A stretch of DNA of 64,000 nucleotides from Caecitellus pseudoparvulus (Eukaryota; Protista; Bigyra: Bicosoecida): assembly GCA_965644315.1 (NCBI GenBank), contig CBFFRQ010000066.1, positions 186,001-250,000 of the forward strand, read 5' to 3'. Positions 20,201 to 30,824 of this stretch are shown here, in pieces (the stretch's first letter is position 1; the number at the start of each line of letters is the position of its first letter). The translations under genes and the position numbers were made by a program. Below the pieces are notes generated by a model. It saw only the letters and a program-made list of their open reading frames with translations. It had not been told where the DNA came from and did no database searches.

Positions 20201-22313
20201 GGGCAGGAGACGAAGCACAGAGGGAGACTGAGCTTGCGACTGAAGTCGCACTTGTCCAAAAAGGCGGATCTGAAGGGAACGATGCACCAGCAAACGATGC
20301 AAGGGCCATGGGGCCCTGAGTGGCATCGCCTACGGTCCAAGGCAGCGCAGACCTGGCATCGTCAAACGCCAACGGGTGCATGGAGCCGGCTAGCATCGCT
20401 GCACTGAAGCCTGCGACCACAAGGTGGTTTCCCGGGGAAGCAAGGCCGCTTACTAGTGCTTCCTTCCAGCCAGGCGTGGATGGCCACGAAAGCCATGAGC
20501 TGCCACCGCAGTTGGTCGCTGCATGCTGAGCTTCGACAGCAGCTGACGAGAGGCCCATGCAGTGGCCATTGAAGAAGAACGCTTGAGGGTGGCAAGCAGA
20601 GAGTGGCTGGGCGCAAATCCAAGAAGCGTGCTGATGCACAAAGCCGGCTAGGAAGGCGTCCCGGCCCAGAGGGCTGGTCAGGGCTCTCAACCCAACATGT
20701 TCTGCCTCTGTTGCGCCCAAGCCTAGACAAACGCTTTCAGCTTCCAGGGGAGAGAAGGAAGCTACCCTCAAGTCAAGCATACATGACCCATCTATCTGCC
20801 ACCACCCTGGTGGACACAGCGCCTCATGCAGGCCTTGGGGCACTGCTGGCCGGAAGCAAGCTGGCCAGGCTGTCGTGGTCGCGTTAGCCTGCAGCGGCAG
20901 CAAGGCCAAGCCAGCACCAGTGCTGTGGATGGCGACTGCAGAGTCATTCGGGCCAGGAGGGGAAGACCACGGAGCTGCTGGGAAGCCACTGCCGTGGACG
21001 CTTGTGAAGCCACTCGCCAGTTTTGCGAGAGAGGTCCAAATGCGAGGCGCCGCATCCAGAGCACTGGGAGCCAGGGCGACATCTCGAACCCATTCAACGA
21101 CTCCCGGAGCTATCCCAGGCTGCAAGAGGGTGGCAGAGCGATGCTTGCACATGCTGACGGCAGACTGAAGGGTGGCGGGGCGAGGCAGGACCTGAATGCA
21201 GCTGTCTTCCACCCAGTGCCAGTTTGGTGGGCACTTGACGGGGGAGGGAATGTGCCGTTCGTCGCGCTGGCAGATGCCCCAGCGCGAGAGAGCGCAGTCC
21301 TGGAGCTGCAAAGTGCCATTCCACGCTCCACAGAGTTGTGCCGTGTTACCCATGCCCTGCTGCAGGCTCCAGCGCAGAGTGTCGTGGGCGGCGGGAGGCT
21401 GTCCCCCGGACATGCGCCAGGCTCCTGAGCTTGTGCCCCTCACGGGCAGCCAGCAGGTCGAGCCATTCAGGCTGGCACATGCACTGAGAGAGCTCATGGT
21501 GCCAGACATGCTCATGCCTTGTCTAAAGCACCAGGCCTCTGCTGCGGCCCAAGGCAGGGCGGTGGGCGTCTGCAGAGTAACTACATGGCCGACGCGGTGT
21601 TGCTTTGCAAAGGCGTGTTCCGTGATGTGACACAGAACTTTTCGCTGCTCATTGCAATCTGTGTAGGGGAGGGACAGATGCTGACTGGGTTGGCTTCACT
21701 CAGCTGCTGCAGAGAGCCCTTCCCCCAGGGTGGCGTTTCAGCGTGTGCAGACGCGAAAACAGAGGCACACCAAGACACGCACCTGCAGCGTGCCAAACCA
21801 AGCTCTCGCCTTCGACGCTCACTGAGGAGCATCCCAAGGGGTTGTTCGTCGGATGCCTCTGCTGTCTCATGCCGAAGGGCACTTCCTCCCCGTCTGCCCA
21901 CACAACTTTGTTGTCTACGAAAGCAGGGCAAGGCGAGGACTGCCACACCGCGACACTTGCCTTGCGCAATTTGCTTCGACTGGGCACTTACGCAGCGAGT
22001 GCCAATGCAGTGCTGTCCAAGGCCACTCCATCGCAGACATGATAAGGCCAGCGTATACTGGAGCCGCGTCTTGCGACCGTGAGAAGGAGGCTGGGGTTGC
22101 GAGCTTGCCGGAAGGAGATGCCTGCCGGCACGCCAAGCGAGACTGCCGGAATGGCACGGCGTTTGGCGACAACGAAAAGCAGCCCCCCGCTTGCTGCAGC
22201 CAGCCGCTCGGGCAAGTGGCGTGAGACACGCTCATGACCAGCATGAAGCACACGAGCGCCAGCTTCCGCACTGGGCTGAGGCGGGAGCCGGCGACACAGC
22301 GGCGCAGCAGCAT
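17268..22313 (-). CDS. Multi-C-type-lectin mucin-stalk type-I membrane protein, paralog A; exons 22313-21992, 21914-21783, 21658-17268; 1614 aa
   Basis: Signal peptide (KLALVCFMLVMSVSHA), 7 CTLD-like modules (CPSGW, CPPNW, CPPGW, CPTGW, CPSGW; WADG; C-x6-C ends), S/T/P stalk, TM (ITLATSIAVLCCVALVGAGAVAVW-RRR) and a Pro/Ser-rich tail. Two phase-1 GT-AG introns join three ORFs in frame. Confidence 0.85.
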
Positions 22314-24244
22314 GCTCTTGCCGGGAGGGGAGCGGCTGGCGTTTCACCTGCACGCGTCACACTAGCGGGCAGCACAGGGCAGAGCTTCAGGCGCGGCGAA
22401 AATCGGTGCCTGGGGGCCGTTGCAGGGCACACAGCAGCATCTATGCAAGCTATGAAGTGCAGCAGTAGTGTTTTGAGGTGGGCCGGGTCGTGACATGCCC
22501 GGCTTCCAGTGCGACGCGAACTCAGGCCACCCCGGCCCCCACATCACTGCACATCAGCGCCAGCAGAAAGGGCAGCTCTGGCGTGCAGGGACAGCATCCA
22601 CTCGGAACTGGAGCTGAAGGGGCCTTTGTCTAGGCTGGCAGCGCTTCCAGGGTCAGATCCAGCCCTTCTTTTGAAGCAAGACCAATGGCGGGGCGCTGTG
22701 GCTCGGCGATCATGGTGTCTCGGCACAGGCTCGGATCAGAAGCCACGGACAATACCAACGCTCTTGATAATTCAAGCACGTTTTGGCGCGCGGTGGCAGG
22801 TTCTGTGCTGCATTGGGGCTCAGCGCGCTCGCAGCGCTTGCACCAGCTGGCTGCGCGAAACGCTGGTTTTGAGCGAAGCTGGGTACGAAGCACATTCCCG
22901 TTCAAATCGCTGGCGGACACAACACGCCACCCCGCACATAACACTTTCCACCCTCCATTGGTCCACTCTTCACTGCCTCAAACCAGCTTGGCACTCGGCA
23001 CTTGTGTCGTTCAAGTGCCATTGGCAACGGGTACCTTTCCACTCCGCAACGCGGACTGCTGCGTTGCGACAGCTGGACACGCCTGCGCTCGTAGCTGCTC
23101 ACCGCTTGAAGCAAGCGCCACCTTCCAGCAATGGGGAACTTGTGCTGCTGCCAAGGGGGCTCTGGGCAACTCTGTGGGCGGGAGTGTGGCTCTGCCCTTT
23201 GTTGCCAACGCAAGGGTGGCAGACAGCCGGTGCGGAAAAAGCGTTTCTACTGCTTGCGAGGCTGCTGACTTCGACTTGCATGCTGTGTAGGGACTGCAGC
23301 ACGGAGTCACTCGCTAAGCGAAACCAGCCCTTGCCCCTCATCTACACAGAGAGCACGGCTGCTGATTATCCAACGAGCAGCCCCTCCTTCCCATCTATTC
23401 CTTCCTCACCTACAACACGTGTCTTCTACGATGGTATGGCTGTCACTCTTTAGTGACTTGGTAGTTTTTTGTGTGGGCTTGTACGATCTCTATTCCTGGT
23501 ATCTCGCGGTAGACAACTCCTCAACGCGATTCATCCTCCACGCATTTCAGCTGGCTGTCATTCTGGTGGAGTTTCTGGTTGGATGGCTTCCCAGCCTCAC
23601 CCGCACGAGAAACTGTTGATCTAAGCATTGTCGCCGTCTTTGTTGCATCATTATGTTTGGGCACAGGCATTGCGCGTCTCGCCGAGCAGGCTGTTGCGAC
23701 GCTGCTGCTGCTGCTGCGCACGTGCTGAGGAAATCTGACATTCGTGGTATAATGCAGCCCAACCAACGCCAGGCTTGCAGCATTGCGATCCCCTCACTCA
23801 ATGCCGGACGGGGGACTGCTTCGGCTGGGCTTCCCTAGGTCACGGGTGTGCCAGTGAGCGTTTCAGAGTTTCAGCCAGTGTGCTTCGCGTCCAATGCGGG
23901 GCCTGGCTCCTGGCAAAAGCAGCTCGAAAAGCGCCACCAATCGCTGACATGTCCCATATTTCCATCAGCTCGGGTGTTTGCGAGTTGGAGTGCTGTACCA
24001 GAGCCTCTTTGCGCGTACAGCGCAGTTGCTGGAGCGGGAGCACTTCGCATGCACCAGCAGCTGCAGGTTGTGTCTTCCACGTCGCCCAGCGAGGGCGCCT
24101 GAGAGTCTGCCATCAGGGCGCCACCCAGGAGCGATAATGAACCCACACAAAAAGGGGAGAGGACACGTCCTCTGCTGCGCCCCACACGGGAAGCAGGCGG
24201 GGGCTGCTCTTTTGGTGCCAGGACTGCGGCGTGGCAGTGTCTGC

Positions 24245-27200
24245 ATGCGGCTCGCAGGTACTTGCCTGGTTTCCCTGCTGGTGCAAGCGAGCTTTGCTTC
24301 TGAAAGCTGCCTTCCTGGATGGACACATACCCCAACAGCCTGTCTGAAGGTGCTTGGCTCGGCTTTGCCCTGGGATGATGCCGCAACAGCATGTGCCGCA
24401 AGCGCGCCGGGTACTGTGCCGCGCCTGGCTTCTTTCGGCACCTCTGCGGAGGTCTTCTCGCTCCCAGCAGCACTAGCTGGTGAAGGTGTGGGTCTATGGT
24501 CAGCCCTTGCATTACATGTTCCTAGTGCGTCTCCAGCCTCACTCCTGCGGAGTGCACCGGAGCACGTCACCGATTCCCTCGGCGCAGCCTCGTCTTTGAT
24601 ATGGCGAGATGGCAGGGGCGAGGTCTCGCTGTCGGAGGCGCTGAGCCCCACCTTCTCGGCATCAGGACCAGAAGGCTGCACGGCTCTGCGTCGGAGTGGT
24701 GCATGGGGCTTTGATACGTCAAGTGAGCCTTCGCAATGTGCAGCGTGCTCTGAGCACAGGCCGAAACGCTCTCTCGCACGCTGCACCAAACACCCTCCTC
24801 ACAGACTGTTCAGCGTTAAGGCCTCCCCTCTGTGCCATCCCACATGATCTGCATGTTGTCCTGTTCGAGGAGGAAGCTGCGGTTGTCGCCGCGGGGCCTG
24901 AGCATGTGGGGTGGGACGGGGCTGTGCGGTGGTGTGCCCAACGTGGCTTCTCTCTGGCTGGCAGTGAGCAGCACATACTGGCTGCAGCGCCTTCCTCTCA
25001 GCTGGTGTGGCTTCCAGCAGCTTGGTTTGATGCCAGGGGACAAGGCGCAAACTTTTGGCACTTGTCCGACGGCTCCGGGCTGGGAACACATGCCACACTG
25101 GCCGAGCTGCCAGCATCGAGCGTGCCGGGGACATGCTCGGCCTGGAATGTGTCTGCACAGCAGCTGCAGCTTATCAACTGCACGACACCTGCGGGTGTGG
25201 TGTGCAGTGCGCAGTGGGGGCAGTTTGTGGAGCCGTTGGGCTGCGGGCCGGGCTGGCAGCTTGTCGACGGCAGGTGTCTGCAGGTGCGCAGCCAGGCCAT
25301 GCCACTTCAAGCAGCACTGAAGTGGTGCGCGGGCTACCAGCATGGACCCACCCCGGCAAGTCTCTTGGCTGAAACGAATGCCTCTGCTCTCCATGCATGG
25401 TTGCTCGGCAGTGTGCTGGCCAGTCCAGGGTCCTCCATTTGGGCCCCTTACACATGGTTAGCCGGGGAATGGGTAACTCTGCACTCGAGAGACTCCTGGC
25501 GGGGACCACTGCTACCATCATCGACTCCCGGATCGTCAAGTGGCGGCACTGTCTTTGTCCATGCCAACGGCAGCATAAACCTGAGCCATGTCAGTGACAT
25601 CCCTACAACCTCAGCTTACGGTGTTTGCCTGAAGCCTTCTGCCAATGACGTTGCAGGCAGCACCTGCCCCTTTGGTTGGACCCCGCTTTTTGGAACTTCC
25701 TGCATGCTTGGGCTGCATGACCCCTCCATCGTGGCCGGGTCTGCATCGGCCGCATGCTCTGCTGTGGGCGCGACAGCTGGAGTGAAGAGTCATGCCATCG
25801 TTGAAACCAGCCCTGTCGGGCAGCTCGCTCGCAGCTTTGGCACATCTCATGTATGTTTCCTGAATCCTGAGAATGTCTGCGACGCCAGCGAGGTCTATCT
25901 GGATGGGGTGTGCACCAAGATCTTGCAGTCGACTGAGGGCACGAATCACCTTGATGCCTGTCTTGGATGGCACGGGCACAGCACCGTCGCTCACGCTGTC
26001 TCCAAGCGGCAGCTTGTCAGGCTGCAGTCAGGACATGCGGGAAGCACCCTTTTGTACCCTCTCCTCGTAGGGCACGTCGGTGGATGGGTGGGCGGGCACG
26101 CCATGGCGTTGACTCACTCAGGTCATCGACCAACGATTGAAATTGCCTTTGACCCGCCCCTACATCTTCAGGGACTGCCAGCTCACGGATCTATTGCCAC
26201 AGCTTCTCCTGGACCACAACCATATCATGGGAGCTTGGCGGCTCGCCCTTTCTCTGCCGCTGTGCAAGCCCAGACTCTGTGCCAGAAGTCAGCAGCTCTG
26301 CCTGACGCTTCATGCCCTAGTGGATGGACCCGGGTTGCTGACACGTGCTTGACTGCTATCGCCCATGAAAACGCATCAGCTTTCCAAGGTGCTGCACAGT
26401 GCGCTGCCGACGGAGGCTGGCTTGCGGTGATACCAGGCCAAGTCGCCCTTCGCGAAGCTGGTCGGCTCGTGCTGCAAGCCGGCGAACCCCATGCTTTCAT
26501 TGGCTTGACCCTCGCCAGCAACCAAACCAAATCTTCCAAGGGAGCTGGCTGGGTGAACGGCAGTCCTGCCCAGGCCCTTGGAGGACTCTTCGACCTACCC
26601 GGCGTCGACAGAATGTGCGCGTTGCAAACGGCTGGCTTCTCTGCAAACTTGTCCACGCCAAACATATCTCTTGTACCTTGTCAAGAGCAGGCTTCCTCCG
26701 CGAGCCTCTGCCAAGCACCTCTTCTCAGCCCATGCCCGGCAGGCTGGTTTGAGCTTCAAGCAGACAGCAGCAGCGGCTCAGAAGGCACACACGCTCGGTG
26801 CTACAAGTTGAGCAGCACAGAGACTGAAGCTGAAGGTGCTTGGCAGGTCTGCTGGGCACTTGCCCCGAACACTTCCGTTCAAGTGGCTTCTTTGGATTCC
26901 ACGTGGGAAGCCGCTCACTTGGCGGGACTGCTGCCCCCAGAACCAGTTTGGTCAGCTTGGAGTGGCGGTAGCCACACATGCAATGGCTCATGTGCTCGGG
27001 ATCTCAACGAATTCCACTTTGCTGCGCCTGCATCTTCTTCGAATTGCAGCTCTGCATCTCGCTCCAGTTTGTCTCGCTTGCCGATAGCGGCAACGCAGCA
27101 CCCCTGCTCAGCGAGGTTGCGTGTTTTGTGCGAGCTTTCACGGCCAGGTGGAGGACAGTCTGACATGTTCACGCACACAGTCACTGTCCCACGCATGAAA

Positions 27201-30068
27201 GCCCCCCAGGCATGGGATCGTAGTTTGACTCGGCGCTCCTCATCAAAAGGCTGCACACCAGGAGCTTCTGCCACCTCTTTCTCTCCATCTTGCGATAGGG
27301 ATGACGACACAGGAGGCCCACCTCCAATGGCTTCAATGTCTCCTTCTCCCTCGTCAAGCCCCTCTCAATCAGCCTCCTTTTTGTCTTCAGCTTCACCAAC
27401 CTCATCTGCCACCTTTTCTGTGACGGCGTCTGTGTCGGCCGCTGTGAGCGGGACACCCAGCGTGACGTCATCTGTGACGGCGTCTGTGTCGGCTGCTGTG
27501 AGCGGGACACCCAGCGTGACGTCATCTGTGACGGCGTCTGTGTCGGCCGCTGTGAGCGGGACACCCAGCGTGACGTCATCTGTGACGGCGTCTGTGTCGG
27601 CTGCTGTGAGCGGGACACCCAGCGTGACGTCATCTGTGACGGCGTCTGTGTCGGCCGCTGTGAGCGGGACACCCAGCGTGACGTCATCTGTGACGGCGTC
27701 TGTGTCGGCCGCTGTGAGCGGGACACCCAGCGTGACGTCATCTGTGACGGCGTCTGTGTCGGCCGCTGTGAGCGGGACACCCAGCGTGACGTCATCTGTG
27801 ACGGCGTCTGTGTCGGCTGCTGCGAGCGGGACACCCAGCGTGACGTCATCTGTGACGGCGTCTGTGTCGGCTGCTGCGAGCGGGACACCCAGCGTGACGT
27901 CATCTGTGACGGCGTCTGTGTCGGCTGCTGCGAGCGGGACACCCAGCGTGACGTCATCTGTGACGGCGTCTGTGTCGGCCGCTGTGAGCGGGACACCCAG
28001 TGTGACGTCATCTGTGACGGCGTCTGTGTCGGCTGCTGCGAGCGGGACACCCAGCGTGACGTCATTTGTGACGGCGTCTGTGTCGCCTATCTCAAGCAGC
28101 AGCCCCTCACCACCCTTGGCCGCAAGTGCAGCCCCTCAGCCAAGCTTGCTTGCGGTCACCGCAAAGGGCACAGTTTCCGATGTATTCGCCTCCTCAGATT
28201 TGACTCTAGTTTTCAGTTCACGAGCAACAAGGGTTGCAGCTCAAGAAGAGCTGTCCAGGCCAGCTATTCTTTTTGCTTTCGTTGAGAGCGTGCAGGCGTC
28301 CATTCGGCGCCTCGGAGCCCTAACGACTGGGGCGAACCAGCCGCATTCGCTCGTGCGCACCGTTGCCGGCTGGCTTTCTGCCGGCGACAGGAGCTCCATC
28401 CAACTCGAAGCTCTGTCCCACGACAACGAGGACACGTTGACCCTGCGTCTTTTTTGGCCGGCACCTCACTCTGGACGTCGCCTACAGTACGAAGCTGGCG
28501 CCACTGTGGCCCGAGCCCTGCTCCCGGGCGAACGTGCCTTCGTCCTTGCTGCTGTCCTGCGAGACTCGTACCTTGATCCGGTCAACGCGTCTGAGCCAGG
28601 GGCTGCCCGGCGCCTGAGCATTGCTGCGCGAGGCCAAGAACCAGGAAGCGTGCTAGGAATGGGACCCCACGAAGACTGTGAAAACAAGACGGCTGCATGG
28701 GAAGGTTGGTGTGATGTTGGCACCGGCGCATTGACACTTGCCAGCGGAAACTCTAGCTGGTCGTTGTCACTGCCTGCCGTCGAAGGCAATTTGCGTGAGG
28801 TTTCAACAGCTGTGAGCGAGCGAATTGAGGCCCGCAGATCGACTGGGGATGATGTTGATGCGCCTAGCGTGACGGTCATTGCATTAGCTTCGTCTCTTGC
28901 GGCAATTGTGGTTGTGGGCGGCGCTTTGTTTGCTGCATACGTGATTAGAACTCGGCAACTGCATGCTGCCTTGGAAAAAGCCGTTCTCGGGCGCACGCTT
29001 AGTCCACCGAGAGTTCGGCATATGAAGTCTGGTGTGCAAGGCCAGCATGGCATTGCCTTCATTGACGACTCCAAAGAATCACCCTCGATTCGCAGTGGCA
29101 GCCAATCCCCAGCCCTCGGCGGCTCGAAATCAAGCCGAGGTTCCACCGTCTTCTACGCAGACGTGGGCCGACCTCAGCTGTACTCTGGGCGGCCACCACT
29201 TCAACCACGCCCAGTGCCAGAGCTACCCATCAGCACAGCCCGAATGGCGAAGGTGCGCGCGGCTATGAGGGCCGACGAAGGGGTCAACGGTGTGCCCATC
29301 CAGACGCCGAACCTTCCCAGTGGTCACAGCGAGGATACCGAGCCTCATCGATTCCACACGCAAGTTGAAGGGGGTGGGGCATCTGTGCAAAGCTTCAGTG
29401 ACGAGGAAGCCATTGGGGTTTTCTCTGCCTTGGCACCTCCGTTTACACCGCCGAGCCTGGTCGCGCCTTATGCAGTGCAGCAGCCCGACTCACCAAGGCA
29501 CCGAAACCCACTGACTACCTTGCAAGCACCAAAAAGTGGTGCCGCGCGATCCAAGTTGTCTCCAGTTCAACAGGCCCTGTTTGCGCCGTTCAAGTTCAAG
29601 TCTGCACGCGGCTCAGCGTCTCTCTCCTCGCAACCAGTCCGCACTGCGAGGTCAGGATGCGCAGCAGCAAAGCACGACCTGCATTCAAGCGATGCGGGGC
29701 ATGGCTCATCCGCCACGTACTCTATTGAGATGCCTGAAGCGTTGGCGGCGGCTAGAGGTGACGGCGGTGAAGCTCTCTCTGCACTGCGCCGCGAGCGGGC
29801 CTTTCGCCTTCCAGAGGGTGTCCACATTTCACAGCGCTACCAGCGAAAGCGAAACAAGGAGGGTAAAGCTAGCAGCATCGCAAGCTCAATCACTGACGAG
29901 ACAAGCGTTCCAGACGTATGGCTTGTGTACAGCGGCAGGGATGCTTTCAGGTCTTTGCCCGCAACCCCTCAAGCAGGGCGGCGGATGCCGTCAAGGGCGG
30001 GCACCTTATCAGACTCCCAACTTGAGGATGTCAGCGAGGAACCCCCCCCCAGTCTACGCAAGGCATGA
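24245..30068 (+). CDS. Multi-C-type-lectin mucin-stalk type-I membrane protein, paralog B; exons 24245-24524, 24588-24722, 24805-30068; ~1892 aa
   Basis: Signal MRLAGTCLVSLLVQASFA, 7 CTLD-like modules (CLPGW, CGPGW, CPFGW, CPSGW, CPAGW), VNTR stalk, TM (VIALASSLAAIVVVGGALFAAYVI) and a long tail. Intron 24723-24804 is required for frame. The in-frame 63-nt intron 24525-24587 is inferred from the paralogs. An upstream in-frame ATG at 24137 is an alternative start. Confidence 0.85.
27417..28085 (+). repeat. 54-bp coding tandem repeat, 12 full units plus 21 bp, encoding SVTASVSAA(V/A)SGTPSVTS
   Basis: Unit TCTGTGACGGCGTCTGTGTCGGCYGCTGYGAGCGGGACACCCAGYGTGACGTCA repeats head-to-tail; the full units differ at only three positions. 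Confidence 0.98.
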
Positions 30069-30824
30069 GTGGAGCCCCTTCCGGGCGCCGCGCCGTGTCT
30101 GGCTGGCCTGGACCAGACCAGACATCTGCACGCGCTAGCTGCTGGCTGGCGAGGTGATGACATCGCTGAACATGCTCATTTTCGGGGCCTTTTCGGGCTG
30201 TTCTGAGCCCGCGTGTGGTTTTTAATTCATTTGTGTCGCTGCATTTTCTCGGAGCGAATGGTGTGGCCGTTTCGAGTGCGTTTCAAGCACTGCCCCCCAG
30301 TCTGCGTGTGCTCCCCACGCATGCAACTCGTCAGTAAAAGGCGAGGCCCTGGAACTGTACAAGGGTTACGTGTGGCCATTCAGTTGGAGGGCGGGGGTTC
30401 GCAGGCTGTGTGCATGATCAGGAGGAGCATCGACTAAATGTCCATGTTATCGGCGACTCCTGAGCACATGCAGCAGCAGGACTGGGTGGGGATCAAAACT
30501 GCTCCCAACTTGTTGATGCCGATACGTTATGGATTGTGGTCCAGTTGGTGCGCGTTGGTGGTTTTGACGTGGGCAGCTACCGCGTGCTGCAGCATCTGAC
30601 ACCATCACTGCGTGGCTAGCACCTTGTGCTGGGCACATTTGCAGGAGCTTGCCCGTATCAAGATCGATCAGGTCTCACTCTCCCTAGCCTTGGGCCCCAG
30701 GATCTGGTGTCTAGTGGGTGCAGGTTTGGTCTCTGGCGAGGCTCGCCACCCGGCCCGCGTTTCTTGCGAGGTTGCGGCTTGCCAACGCGGAGGACTCTCC
30801 GCCCCGTCCACGACAGCACGCAAG

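Noticed and set aside
21581-21946. Apparent frameshifts or pseudogenisation at the 5' ends of the lectin genes
   Set aside because: All frame switches are resolved by canonical GT-AG introns at homologous positions.
22509-23453. 314-aa and 201-aa plus-strand ORFs between paralogs A and B
   Set aside because: No recognisable motifs and random-like composition; not supportable as CDS.
27181-28065. 294-aa repetitive minus-strand ORF (MTSRWVSRSQQPTQTPSQ)n
   Set aside because: It is the antisense shadow of the stop-free VNTR.
27417-28085. CRISPR-like repeat array
   Set aside because: The units are contiguous with no unique spacers, are in frame within a eukaryotic CDS, and no cas genes are present.
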